This document shows positions 23,867 through 33,511 of a stretch of DNA of 36,528 nt, piece by piece. A model generated the notes under the pieces. It worked only from the letters and a program-made list of their open reading frames with translations, did no database searches and had not been told where the DNA came from. Numbering within the stretch: the stretch's first letter is position 1; every line of letters begins with the position of its first letter. The DNA is from Gammaproteobacteria bacterium (lineage in GTDB: Bacteria > Pseudomonadota > Gammaproteobacteria > UBA9214): contig JAHKKL010000001.1 in the NCBI GenBank assembly GCA_020027635.1, forward strand, positions 1-36,528, in the 5' to 3' direction. Made by a program: the position numbers and the translations under genes.

Positions 23867-24889
23867 ATGAGCATTCTCGACGACTTTGCGGCCATTGCGA
23901 ACGGATCCTGGAGCGCCGCGCCGGTCACCTCCTCGCTCAGCGTGCCGCTGGCCGATATCCCCTGGTCCACCATCGGATCGGGCCTGTCTTTCGCCGGCCA
24001 GGCGCTGCCCGATCTCTCCCGGCTCGGTTTCCTCGACTACAAGCCCGATACCAGCCTCGGGGCGTTCAATTCGACCGGCGGGACGCTTTCCGGGCTCGAT
24101 GGCGGCGTGCTGGGCGATCTCTCGAAGCTCGGGATCGGGGATTTCAAGCCGGGTTTCGATGCCGCGGACTTCACGGCCGGCCCCCAGGCCGGCGCGCCGG
24201 GAAATCTGAGTTCCGCTGACTTCGCGGTCGATAATGCGCAGGGGATGCCCAATCTCGGCGTCACCGGTGTCGGCTCGGACGCGGCCGGCGCCGGCACCGC
24301 CCCCACGGGTGCCGCGGGCGTGACCAAGGCCCCCGGATTCCTGTCCACGGCGCTGAACACGGTCAAGCCGCTCGCCCCGGCGGCGGCAATGATGTTGCTG
24401 AACAAGCTCCTGGCCAAGGACACCGGCGAGGCCGCGGACAAGGCCGAGGAGCGGCTGAACAAGAGCGCCGATCTAGCCTCTGGTACCGCCGAGGATCTGC
24501 TGGCCAGGTACAAGTCGGGCGAGATCCAGCCGGCCGATCAGTACCAGATCGAGCAGTGGTACAAGAACGCCGTGGCGCAGGTCGATGCCTTCTATGCCAA
24601 GGCCGGGATGAGTGACTCCACCGCGCACGCAGAAGCACGCAGGAACGTCGATCAGCAACGGGTGGCGATGATGGACGCTGCCCGTCAGGGGTTGCTCACG
24701 CAGGGCCTGAACGCCGTTGGGATCAGCCAGGGGCCACTGGCTACCGCCCTGCAGGTAGCGTCCAATGCCGATACCCAGGCCGGCGCAGCGCAGACCAGCA
24801 TGCTGCAGGCGCTCGGCATGCTGGCGGCAATGGGGATGAGCGGCGCGCAACCGAACATCAATGTCTCGACGGCGCCGGCGCAGTCGTGA
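23867..24889 (+). CDS. internal virion/ejection-type protein (candidate)
   Basis: 340 aa. The Gly/Ala/Ser/Asp-rich N-terminal half contains a repeated (DLS+[RK]LG) motif. The C-terminal half is helical. Position is typical of podovirus internal proteins. Confidence 0.45.
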   Translation: MSILDDFAAIANGSWSAAPVTSSLSVPLADIPWSTIGSGLSFAGQALPDLSRLGFLDYKPDTSLGAFNSTGGTLSGLDGGVLGDLSKLGIGDFKPGFDAADFTAGPQAGAPGNLSSADFAVDNAQGMPNLGVTGVGSDAAGAGTAPTGAAGVTKAPGFLSTALNTVKPLAPAAAMMLLNKLLAKDTGEAADKAEERLNKSADLASGTAEDLLARYKSGEIQPADQYQIEQWYKNAVAQVDAFYAKAGMSDSTAHAEARRNVDQQRVAMMDAARQGLLTQGLNAVGISQGPLATALQVASNADTQAGAAQTSMLQALGMLAAMGMSGAQPNINVSTAPAQS

Positions 24890-24944
24890 TGAAAAACCCT
24901 CCCCGCCGCCCAGAAAATTTCAGGACTTGAGGTAAGTTCTCAAC

Positions 24945-26396
24945 ATGGCCCTCGATCTCTCCCCGATTGGTGTTCAGGATCCGATGCAGGCGGTAATGGG
25001 CAATGCCCAGACCCTGCAGGGTCTGCAGGGCGAGCGCCAGCAGATCCTGGACGCAAAGAAGACCGCCCGGCAGCAGTTCATGGGCGAGCTCGATCAGGTG
25101 CGGGCCGAGAAACCGAAGATGCCAGAGTTTCAGGAGCCGGGCGAGTTCAAGCCCAGCCGGCAGGTGATGGACAATTTCGGGATGGCGAGTTCCATCTTCC
25201 TCGCGCTCGCACTTCTGGGCGGCGCCGGCACGCGCCGGCCGATGACCACGGCGATGAACAGCTTCGCCGGTTTCATGAAGGGCTGGGCGAGCGGCAACCA
25301 GGCGCTCTGGGATCGGGAATACAAGCAATACAAGCTCAATCTCGACGCGGCGATGCAGAAGAACCAGCAGATGCTGGCCCGTTATCAGGCGACGATGGAC
25401 GATCACAAGTTGAGCCTGCAACAGAAGATGGACGAATGGAACATGACGGCGGCCGAGTATCAGGACGATCTGGGCGAACAGGCCATTCGCTCTGGCGACG
25501 CGAAGTTTTTCATGGACATGAATTTCAAGCGCGCGGATGCGATGCAGCGCGCCCAGCAGGCCGCCGCTCAGATCGGCGCCACCTATGCCGGACTGGCAGA
25601 GAGTCGGCGCTATCACGATCAGCAGCTGGCAATCCAGCAGTCGCGCGCAAATGAGAAGAAAGGGATCCTGGTGACTGACGAGCAGGGAAGACTCGTCAAT
25701 GTCGATCCAAATACCGGACAACCGATCGCCGATCTGGGCAAATACAAGCTTGCTGGTAAATCCAGCGCCGGACCGATTGGCGGGAATCTTGTTATCAGCG
25801 GATTCAACCTGACCGACAATCAGGCAAACAGGATCCTGGATTCCGAAAATCGGCGTACCTATCAGGAACTCAAGCCAATCTCTGAATTCGAGGAGAACCT
25901 TGGCAAGCTCGCAAACGTGATCCAGAACCCCAGCACGATGGACAAGAACCTGGCCCAGCAGGTGCTGGCGAACCTGCAAGCCATCAAGGGCGCGCGTAAT
26001 ACCAATCTCTTGTTCGGGAAAGCTGGAGAATTCGGTGATGTCGTAGACCGCGCCATTCAATGGTCCAAAGGAATGGTGCTCGGCGGCGAGATGACGGACG
26101 TGAATCGTCAGCATCTTCAGGATTTGGTTACCGGTCTTCAGAATGCGCCGGCAATGGCTCGCGAGAAGATCATTGCTGATGCCGTATTGCGCGCAAGAGC
26201 GCGTGGCGTGAATGCCAACAATGATATGTTGGCCTCTACCAATCCATGGTCTGGCGTGACCTATTCCGTTACTGGATCCACGAATGTCGAGCAATATCGT
26301 GGCATGAGTCCGGAAGAGATCGTTCGAGCCATCCCGGATGATGCAGAGGCAGAGGCTGTTCTGCGCGAGTTGTATCCAGATCAATTCAGCGACTGA
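24945..26396 (+). CDS. internal virion/ejection-type protein (candidate)
   Basis: 483 aa, Gln/Ala/Met-rich and helical, with a central hydrophobic segment (MASSIFLALALLGGAG). Confidence 0.45.
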   Translation: MALDLSPIGVQDPMQAVMGNAQTLQGLQGERQQILDAKKTARQQFMGELDQVRAEKPKMPEFQEPGEFKPSRQVMDNFGMASSIFLALALLGGAGTRRPMTTAMNSFAGFMKGWASGNQALWDREYKQYKLNLDAAMQKNQQMLARYQATMDDHKLSLQQKMDEWNMTAAEYQDDLGEQAIRSGDAKFFMDMNFKRADAMQRAQQAAAQIGATYAGLAESRRYHDQQLAIQQSRANEKKGILVTDEQGRLVNVDPNTGQPIADLGKYKLAGKSSAGPIGGNLVISGFNLTDNQANRILDSENRRTYQELKPISEFEENLGKLANVIQNPSTMDKNLAQQVLANLQAIKGARNTNLLFGKAGEFGDVVDRAIQWSKGMVLGGEMTDVNRQHLQDLVTGLQNAPAMAREKIIADAVLRARARGVNANNDMLASTNPWSGVTYSVTGSTNVEQYRGMSPEEIVRAIPDDAEAEAVLRELYPDQFSD

Positions 26397-26397
26397 C

Positions 26398-29025
26398 ATG
26401 CCTAGCGCCGCGGAGTTCGTCAAGCAGGTAAGGAGCGGCGCGCAGCCACCGCCAACTCCTGTGGCAGAGCCTGTTGATGCGTCACCTCAAATGCCACCAG
26501 CCGCCGAACCGGCAATTGCGCCAGCAGAACCAAAGATGACCTATCGGGAATTCGTCGATGCCAATAAAGGCAAACGATCTGAATACCTATGGGATCGAAT
26601 GAAAAATGATTGGGCGTCACTGACTGCGCTGCTGGCAGCCGGCGGAACGGGCGGTGGATTCAATGGCCTGGCGCCAGTATTGGATACATCACCTGGAGAG
26701 GTTCTTGCCTCGACACTGCCCCAAACAAGAGAGGCACTGAATGTACAGCAGATCCCGATGCCCAAAAACTACCAGGGCAGGGATGATGAGACGGCGCGCT
26801 TCCTCGGGCTGCTTGCCGATCAATTGGCAATGGCGCCGCTGACCGTACCGCTGGCGGTTGTCGGCGGCGGCGGAAGCCCGGCCCTCAGTACCGCCCTGGA
26901 AGCCATGAATATGGCTGGTGGCGCAGTAACCGGTTATGAGGGCGGGAAAATCGCTGAGAACATGGGCAAAGATCGCGATATCGGTGAGGCGATCGGCAGC
27001 CTTCTTGGTACCGGGCCAGCCTATCTTGCATCCAAACTCGCGAAGACAGGCGGGCGAGCCGCTGGAGGCGCCATCGACAAAATAGGGGGTTCTGAGAAAC
27101 AGGCCGGAGAACTTGCTCGCAGTCAGCTTGGTCGGGCCCTGGAAGCTGATCCAAAATCAGCGGCGAGGGCGGCTGAATCAAAAGCAATTGCAGACAAGAT
27201 CAATGCCGTTGCTGGAGAGGGCGAATTCAAGCCCACGCTTGCGCAGATGACTGGATCTCCGGGGGTAATTGCCATAGAGCATTCTGTATCTGCCGCATCA
27301 CCGGAGAACCTTGCGCGCAAGGCATCAATGACGACGGAAAGCGAACACGCCCTGCAGTCTGCTGGCAATCAGATGTTTCCGACCGAACCAGGGACCGTCA
27401 TGCAACAGGTAAAGAACGAGGCCGATCTATCGACGCAATTCTATCGTCAATCGGTGGAGAAATACCTGAAGGATCTTGGCGAACTTCGGTCCCGACTTGG
27501 TGGCCATGTCAATGAGGCCGCCGGTCAGAAAATGATCCAGTTGCGCGAGAAGTTTCTTGATGCCGCGCGCAAACAGGATAGCGATAATTACAAGCGCGTC
27601 TATCAGATCGCAAACGCAGAGGGCGTCAGGATCCCGGCCGCCATGATCTACCAGCAGGCACGCACCATCGCCGGACAGGACATCAATGCTTTCCAGACGC
27701 TGCCCAGTATCTGGAACAAACTGAAACAGTGGGCGCCAAAAGAAAGGGGCGAAGGGATCAATTGGGAGCGAGTCCAGCACGAGCCGGTGAGTTTCGAGGA
27801 ATTTCATTCTTTCTACAAGGAGCTGAATCGTTTGCTATTCGATCCTGGCACCAGCCAGGCTGAAAAATACCTGCTGGGTCAATTGAAAGAGCAATCCGGC
27901 AATATCCTTAGCCAGTTCGAGAAAGCCGGATCGCGGGCATCTAGTGCCTTTCGTCAGGCAAACGAGTTCCATAAGACAGAGATCGAAGATGTCTTTCGCA
28001 GCGGCATTGGATCGAAAATGGTGGCCGAAACACGCCATGGAGAGATCACGGCCGCCGAGGATCTGGTACGGAAGTTGATAGCAAAAAAGGGCGGGACGAC
28101 ACCAGTAACTCAATATCTTGCCATGTTCAAGGGCGATCCGGAAGCGATAAAAACACTCGAAGACGGCGCCTTCAGTATGTTTGTGCGCGATGTGATCAAC
28201 CCATCCAGGGGCGTGGTGGATGCCGGGAAGGTTAATCGATTCATGACCGACCATCAGGTTCTAATTGATTCGCTTCCTGGTCTGAAGGCCAAGATCATTG
28301 ACACCAAGATACGTGCCGATGCCCTGGTCGAACGGGCACAGGCAATCAAGGCATTCAAGCAGGAAATGGATCAGTCAGTTATCACCAAAATGGCCGGTGC
28401 CGGAACGGTTGATGATGCAATCGGTATTGTTCTTCGAGAACCAGCACGGATGGATGAATTCATCAAGACAATGGCGGCGAATCCGGACGCTAAGCGGGCT
28501 GTGCTGCGCGGCATTATGGGCAGGATCACGGAATCCAATGATCCAATGAAAATACTTGAGGCGTCCGGGCCTAACATCAAGAAACTGGCCAATTCACTTG
28601 ATCCGAAGGCATGGGAAAACCTGCTGGTTGTTGCGCAAGCCAAGACCATTCTACGTCGGGCGCCGACGCCTGAAACAGTCCATATCGAGACGGTTGTTGA
28701 TCCGTTGCTGAAGATGACGGGTACCGCAGCAACTGGATTTGTGAGCCGATTCATGACCAATCCGATCATGAGCCGGGCGCGCGCACTTGCTTCAGTGGTC
28801 AGCCGATATGGATTGATGAAGACTCAGCAGAAGGCAGACAAGCTATTGGCGGATGTGTTATATGAGCCAGAGAAGGCGGCTGGGTTCCTTGATACGATTG
28901 CCAGCGGCGGGAAGCCCATCCCGCGATCTGGATCATTTGCCTATCATGAGGGGGCGCATGTTGCGCGTTCGGTGTTGATGCAGATTGCCAACGTCCCGGA
29001 CGAGAACCAGGAAAACGTAGAATAA
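26398..29025 (+). CDS. large internal virion/ejection-type protein (candidate)
   Basis: 875 aa from ATG 26398, 1 nt after the previous stop. Largely helical. No lytic transglycosylase or peptidase motif seen by eye. Visibly lower G+C than the head genes. Confidence 0.45.
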   Translation: MPSAAEFVKQVRSGAQPPPTPVAEPVDASPQMPPAAEPAIAPAEPKMTYREFVDANKGKRSEYLWDRMKNDWASLTALLAAGGTGGGFNGLAPVLDTSPGEVLASTLPQTREALNVQQIPMPKNYQGRDDETARFLGLLADQLAMAPLTVPLAVVGGGGSPALSTALEAMNMAGGAVTGYEGGKIAENMGKDRDIGEAIGSLLGTGPAYLASKLAKTGGRAAGGAIDKIGGSEKQAGELARSQLGRALEADPKSAARAAESKAIADKINAVAGEGEFKPTLAQMTGSPGVIAIEHSVSAASPENLARKASMTTESEHALQSAGNQMFPTEPGTVMQQVKNEADLSTQFYRQSVEKYLKDLGELRSRLGGHVNEAAGQKMIQLREKFLDAARKQDSDNYKRVYQIANAEGVRIPAAMIYQQARTIAGQDINAFQTLPSIWNKLKQWAPKERGEGINWERVQHEPVSFEEFHSFYKELNRLLFDPGTSQAEKYLLGQLKEQSGNILSQFEKAGSRASSAFRQANEFHKTEIEDVFRSGIGSKMVAETRHGEITAAEDLVRKLIAKKGGTTPVTQYLAMFKGDPEAIKTLEDGAFSMFVRDVINPSRGVVDAGKVNRFMTDHQVLIDSLPGLKAKIIDTKIRADALVERAQAIKAFKQEMDQSVITKMAGAGTVDDAIGIVLREPARMDEFIKTMAANPDAKRAVLRGIMGRITESNDPMKILEASGPNIKKLANSLDPKAWENLLVVAQAKTILRRAPTPETVHIETVVDPLLKMTGTAATGFVSRFMTNPIMSRARALASVVSRYGLMKTQQKADKLLADVLYEPEKAAGFLDTIASGGKPIPRSGSFAYHEGAHVARSVLMQIANVPDENQENVE

Positions 29026-29273
29026 TGGCCGAGAAAAAGAAAGACAGCAAAGTTGCCGAGGGGATCGACAAGACTCTGCTCGGATTGCTGGAGGAATGTC
29101 AGAGCGGGCGCATCCTCGAGGAGGATGGAACGAAAAAGACTCAGCCCCTGATGCAGGATGAGAAACTGGAGATCCTGGATCGGGCCTTGAAGTGGGAGGC
29201 GCTGAACCGCAGAATACCGCCTGATGAATACGGCAGCGCCTTTGGCAAACCCGATCCCGACGAGGAACTCTGA
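29025..29273 (+). CDS. hypothetical charged protein (82 aa)
   Basis: TAATG overlap with the upstream gene. Lys/Glu-rich. Possible small DNA-binding or packaging accessory protein (speculative). Confidence 0.45.
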   Translation: MAEKKKDSKVAEGIDKTLLGLLEECQSGRILEEDGTKKTQPLMQDEKLEILDRALKWEALNRRIPPDEYGSAFGKPDPDEEL

Positions 29274-29525
29274 TTGAATGCCCAGGTTGACCCGGTCCTG
29301 ATCGCCCATGCCCAGCAGGCCGTGCGCTTCCTGCGCGTGGGGTTGGCCATTTTCTCCCACCGATTTCTCCTTACCGTGGCCATGCTGGGCGCCATCGGGC
29401 TGTCGGGATGGGCCATGACCGATCCGAACTGGATGAAGGTGGCCCTGGTGGGGCTATACTTGCTCCTGGTTCACCTGCCGCTGGCCATCACTGGCCCCAA
29501 GGAGGCACAGCATGAAACCGATTAA
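29274..29525 (+). CDS. small two-TM membrane protein
   Basis: The TTG start abuts the previous stop. Hydrophobic segments LLTVAMLGAIGLSGWAM and VALVGLYLLLVHLPLAI. Confidence 0.4.
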   Translation: MNAQVDPVLIAHAQQAVRFLRVGLAIFSHRFLLTVAMLGAIGLSGWAMTDPNWMKVALVGLYLLLVHLPLAITGPKEAQHETD

Positions 29526-29715
29526 CGGCTCCCCCGAAGAAACCACGGCGACCACCCGCCAGCCGAACCCGCCCAGGGGTGGGCGGACAATGCCGAAGCT
29601 TGGATTTACCCCTCGATTCGACACCAGCGGGACCGGACTGAATGTGCGCTCGCCGAGCCCCGACAAGACGGACTGGCCCTGCCAGAAGAACCCGATCAAG
29701 GCCGACGATTACTGA
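29512..29715 (+). CDS. hypothetical Pro/Thr/Gly-rich protein (67 aa)
   Basis: Strong AGGAGG lies 7 nt upstream of the ATG. Disordered-looking. The 3' end overlaps the convergent AsnB-like gene by 7 nt. Confidence 0.5.
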   Translation: MKPINGSPEETTATTRQPNPPRGGRTMPKLGFTPRFDTSGTGLNVRSPSPDKTDWPCQKNPIKADDY

Positions 29716-31229
29716 GGTCTTTCCCCTTCGATCCAGACTCGGTGCCAGGCATTGAAGTAGGCCAGTGACCAGTTCAGTAGTCGGCGTCGGTTGCCGGTTG
29801 TGGCCATTGTCTGGATCCATGCGTCGTCGTTCAGATATGACCATACCGGATCGGCGCGATCGGGCGGAAACCACCAGGTATCATCTGTGCAAAATCCCTG
29901 CTTGGGCTTGGTCGCCAGATCCGGGACCAGCCCATCGATCTCCTCGCGCATCCAGTCCTTGCGCCCAGTGCGCAGCGAAAACGGGATCCGGATCGCCTGA
30001 TCGACAAAGGCATTGCTGAGGAACGGGACCCGCGCCTCCAGTGAATGGGCCATGCTCACCTTGTCTTCGATCACCAGTAACGAGTGCAGGAATGTCCGGG
30101 CCTCGAACTCCCAGTCATTGACCGTATCGGAATAAATGCTCCGCAGGCGTTCGAGGGCGACAGACTGGTTCAACACCGGCGGCAGGCGGGTCCAGATCTG
30201 AGCCCGATCCTTGCCGTAGCGCCAGGGGTAGCCCCCGAACAACTCATCCCCACCGGTACCGGCCATGACGACCCGGCCGAACCGCGAAGCAAGGGCGGCC
30301 GCATACCAGTTCGGGTAGGAGGGCCCAAGCCGGGGCTCCTCGAGGTGCCAGGCGAGAGACGGCAGGCAGTCGCGGGCCATCTGCGGCGTCACAATCGCCT
30401 CGTAATGCGCCGTATTGAGCGCGGCAGCCAGGGCCTCGGCATCCGCCCGCTCATCCCCGCCGGTGAAGCCCACGGAGAACGTGGTAAGCCCTGTGGGCAT
30501 GCGCTTGGCAATCATGGCCGAGTCCAGCCCGCCGGACAGGTAACAGCCCGGCGCAAAATCCCCGCGCAACTGGCTTTTGACGGCCTGCGTGAAATCCGGG
30601 ATCGCTTCCCCGCCGTCCAGAAAATTCCAGGACCAATACTCTCTCTGAACTATGTTCAGACTCTCATCGATGATCAGCGCCGTCCCCGGCCGGACCATGT
30701 GGACGCCCCTGAACAGGGTTGTCGCCGGATCGAGATAGTTCTGAAAGGTGAAGTATTCCTCCAGCGCCTCCTGATCGACATCGGCCCTGAATCTGGGGTG
30801 GGCCAGGAATGCCTTGATCTCGGAGGCGAACAGAAAGTCCCGTCCGATCCGCGTGTAGTAGAGGGGCTTGATCCCGTAGCGATCCCGTATCAGCATCAAC
30901 GTCCGGGACTCGTACTCGTAATGGGCAATCGCGAACATGCCGTCCCATTCCTCTCGCAAATGGTAGCCGCGCAAAATCCAGGACGCCTCGCTGACGCCCG
31001 CCGGACAGTTGTATATCTCGCCCGCCAGCGCCAGCATGCCGTAACCATCCGATACCGGTTGCGCATGATCTCCATTGATGGCCAGCCGCACATGCCCGAT
31101 ACAACAGCCATCCTTCTGCTGATATTGCAGATCATCGGGACCACGGTGATGGATCTTGTCCAGCATTTCGCGGACCAAGCGGCTCCTGTCCCCGCCAAAG
31201 GCGCTGAAGACGCCAGCTATCCCGCACAT
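29709..31229 (-). CDS. asparagine synthetase-family glutamine amidotransferase (AsnB-like)
   Basis: 506 aa. The N-terminal MCGIAG supplies the Cys2 nucleophile of class-II (Ntn) amidotransferases. SGGLDS is the PP-loop ATP pyrophosphatase motif. Confidence 0.85.
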   Translation of the reverse strand: MCGIAGVFSAFGGDRSRLVREMLDKIHHRGPDDLQYQQKDGCCIGHVRLAINGDHAQPVSDGYGMLALAGEIYNCPAGVSEASWILRGYHLREEWDGMFAIAHYEYESRTLMLIRDRYGIKPLYYTRIGRDFLFASEIKAFLAHPRFRADVDQEALEEYFTFQNYLDPATTLFRGVHMVRPGTALIIDESLNIVQREYWSWNFLDGGEAIPDFTQAVKSQLRGDFAPGCYLSGGLDSAMIAKRMPTGLTTFSVGFTGGDERADAEALAAALNTAHYEAIVTPQMARDCLPSLAWHLEEPRLGPSYPNWYAAALASRFGRVVMAGTGGDELFGGYPWRYGKDRAQIWTRLPPVLNQSVALERLRSIYSDTVNDWEFEARTFLHSLLVIEDKVSMAHSLEARVPFLSNAFVDQAIRIPFSLRTGRKDWMREEIDGLVPDLATKPKQGFCTDDTWWFPPDRADPVWSYLNDDAWIQTMATTGNRRRLLNWSLAYFNAWHRVWIEGERPQ

Positions 31230-32053
31230 CGCTGCAATCCCTGTTTCAGATCGATCTCCGCCGTCCAGCCCAGATCGGCGGTTGCCCAGCCCGGATCGCC
31301 GAGCATGTGGGTGATCTGGATCGGGCCATCGACGAACTCCGGCTGACCGATCATGGCCGCCAGATCCTTGATCTTCGTCCCGACTCCCGTACAGATGTTG
31401 TAGAACCCGTGCCCGTGCGTGAGCGCCATGCAGACGGCGCGCGCCGCATCATCGACATGGACGAAGTCGTAGGATTCGCTGCCGGAACCATAGACGGGCA
31501 GAGGTTTGCCCTCGCGCGCCAGACGCAGGAACTTCGGGATCACCGCTTCATAACCCTTCAGCACCGCGTTGCCGTACACGGACTGGAAACGCAGTCCGAC
31601 GAAGTCGAGCCCATGCTGCAATTGCAGGACATGTTCGGCCACGATCTTCAGTCGCGCATAGTCGGAGGTGCCGAACAATGGCGCAGTCTCGGAGATTGGG
31701 CCTGACTGTTCGCCATAGACACTGCCGGAGGAGGCATAGACGAGTTTGACCCGGTTGTAGGCGCAAAGCTCTGCAATAAATCGCAACAGATTGATCATTG
31801 TGTACCATGCCCATAACGGGCGCTGCGCACAGTCGAACACGGGCAATGCCGCAAGAAAGATGACGCCGGTAATGATGACGCCGGTAATATCGTCTTTTTC
31901 AGCAGCCTCAACAGATGGATAGATCTTCGTCCCCGCCGGCAAATTATCTGGACTTCCTCGACTCAGATCATCGACCACGATACATCGCTTGGGGCCCAGC
32001 CGTTTCACGACATGGCTGCCGATCAGCCCCGCCCCGCCAATGATCAGGATCAT
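31217..32053 (-). CDS. NAD-dependent sugar epimerase/dehydratase (extended SDR)
   Basis: Start moved to ATG 32053 (GAAGGAGGAGAG RBS). IIGGAGLIGSHV is a Rossmann GxxGxxG motif. YASSGSVYG and the catalytic YARLK (YxxxK) are present. Confidence 0.8.
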   Translation of the reverse strand: MILIIGGAGLIGSHVVKRLGPKRCIVVDDLSRGSPDNLPAGTKIYPSVEAAEKDDITGVIITGVIFLAALPVFDCAQRPLWAWYTMINLLRFIAELCAYNRVKLVYASSGSVYGEQSGPISETAPLFGTSDYARLKIVAEHVLQLQHGLDFVGLRFQSVYGNAVLKGYEAVIPKFLRLAREGKPLPVYGSGSESYDFVHVDDAARAVCMALTHGHGFYNICTGVGTKIKDLAAMIGQPEFVDGPIQITHMLGDPGWATADLGWTAEIDLKQGLQRCAG

Positions 32054-32265
32054 CTCTCCTCCTTCTTGCCGAATTTGAGCTTCAGATAATTGCCGCGCTG
32101 GCCGACATTGCGCCAGCCGGAAATGAACAGCTCGTCCGTATTCCCGCACGCCTCGCAGACATGATTCCCAGAACCGATATAGTCGGGCTGGCGATCCTCG
32201 CGCTTGGCCTTGTTCGGGAACAGGATCCCGGTATCGGGCAGATATTCGCGCTTTTCCTCCGTCAT
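32050..32265 (-). CDS. small hypothetical protein (71 aa), pattern reminiscent of DUF736-type proteins
   Basis: GILFPNKAKREDRQPDYIGS ... ISGWRNVGQRGNYLKLKF resembles the (N.K....PDY.G ... W.K....G..YLSLK) pattern. ATGA overlaps at both ends. The assignment is tentative. Confidence 0.4.
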   Translation of the reverse strand: MTEEKREYLPDTGILFPNKAKREDRQPDYIGSGNHVCEACGNTDELFISGWRNVGQRGNYLKLKFGKKEER

Positions 32266-32666
32266 AGTGGCCGGGCCGGGTTGCCGATCACCTTCGCGCC
32301 GCGCTCGATATCAGCGGTCACGACCGCCCCGGCGCCAATCAGCGCACCCTCGCCGATCATCACCCCGGCGACGATCACCGCCCCGGCACCGATACTGACC
32401 TTGTCTCGAACGGTGGTATGCCAGATGTGGTCCGATGGCGGGTACCGATCATTGGTGAAGGTCACCGATGGCCCAATGAAACAGTCATCGCCGATCGTCA
32501 CCCCGGAAGGGATATAGGCGCCCGCCTGGATCTTGCAGCGATGACCGATCTTCACATCATGACCGATCCAGACGTGGGAATGAATGACGCACTCATCCCC
32601 GCAGACGAACTCCAGCAGGATAGATAGGTGTGGATGCCAGATCCGGGTATTGCGCCCGATCTTCAT
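32262..32666 (-). CDS. hexapeptide-repeat (left-handed beta-helix) sugar acyl/acetyltransferase
   Basis: 134 aa with repeated [LIV]G..... hexads (IGHDVKIGHRCKIQAGAYIPSGVTIGDDCFIGPSVTF ... IGAGAVIVAGVMIGEGALIGAGAVV). TFTNDRYP is as found in amino-sugar N-acetyltransferases. Confidence 0.8.
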   Translation of the reverse strand: MKIGRNTRIWHPHLSILLEFVCGDECVIHSHVWIGHDVKIGHRCKIQAGAYIPSGVTIGDDCFIGPSVTFTNDRYPPSDHIWHTTVRDKVSIGAGAVIVAGVMIGEGALIGAGAVVTADIERGAKVIGNPARPL

Positions 32667-33511
32667 GTCAGTGCCCCCTTCATGTCTTCCAGTCCATCAC
32701 GGAACCCGAACGCTGCCTTGAACCCAAGCATACGTTCGGCCTTGCTGCAGTCGAAAAAGAACCTGTCCGGATCCACCGTGCGCTGCTCGCGCATGGCAAT
32801 CTGGCCACGGTAACCGAACACATCGCAGATTATCTCCGCCGCCTTCTGGGTCGTGATCTCCTCGCCGGTGCCGATGTTGTAGATCTGATTCCATGCATCA
32901 TGCGGGGCATTGAGCGCCAGCACGTTGGCGTTCGCCACGTCCTTGATGTAGCAGAAGTCATTGCTCTGCTTGCCGCCATACAGGGTCGGTTGCAGATCAT
33001 GGGCGATCCGATCAAGAAATCCCCCAACCAGGCCGTGGTGGCGCTTTTCGTTACCATACAGGTGCGCGTAACGGAGCACTATCCATGGTGTGCGCATGCG
33101 CCGCACGTACAGCTCGCCCGCATACTTGCTACAGCCATAGACCGAATTCCCGCAGGCCTTGAACTCCTCGGTGATCGGTGGCGTTGCCTCGATTGGCATG
33201 TAGACCGAGCCGGTCGATGCATAGACCAGTGGCACGCAGTATCGCTCGGCAAGCATCGCAACGTTGCGGGTACCGAGTACATTGATCTCGATACAGCGCA
33301 TCGGATCGGCGTCGGCTTCGGCAAAGCGGGCAATCGCCGCTAGATGCAGGATCCGGGAATTCGGGCCCAGCCGCTGGATCGCCTTCTCCAGTTTCGTCTC
33401 GTCACGGATATCGTCCCCATCCATGATATCGAATGTGACCCAGGACGCGTCCAGATACTTCATTGTCGCCGCGCCGACGAACCCATGCGCACCCGTGATC
33501 AAGCAGCTCAT
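32663..33511 (-). CDS. NAD-dependent sugar epimerase/dehydratase (extended SDR)
   Basis: 282 aa. ITGAHGFVGA, YASTGSVY, the catalytic YGCSK (YxxxK), and RYAHLYG. Confidence 0.8.
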   Translation of the reverse strand: MSCLITGAHGFVGAATMKYLDASWVTFDIMDGDDIRDETKLEKAIQRLGPNSRILHLAAIARFAEADADPMRCIEINVLGTRNVAMLAERYCVPLVYASTGSVYMPIEATPPITEEFKACGNSVYGCSKYAGELYVRRMRTPWIVLRYAHLYGNEKRHHGLVGGFLDRIAHDLQPTLYGGKQSNDFCYIKDVANANVLALNAPHDAWNQIYNIGTGEEITTQKAAEIICDVFGYRGQIAMREQRTVDPDRFFFDCSKAERMLGFKAAFGFRDGLEDMKGALT

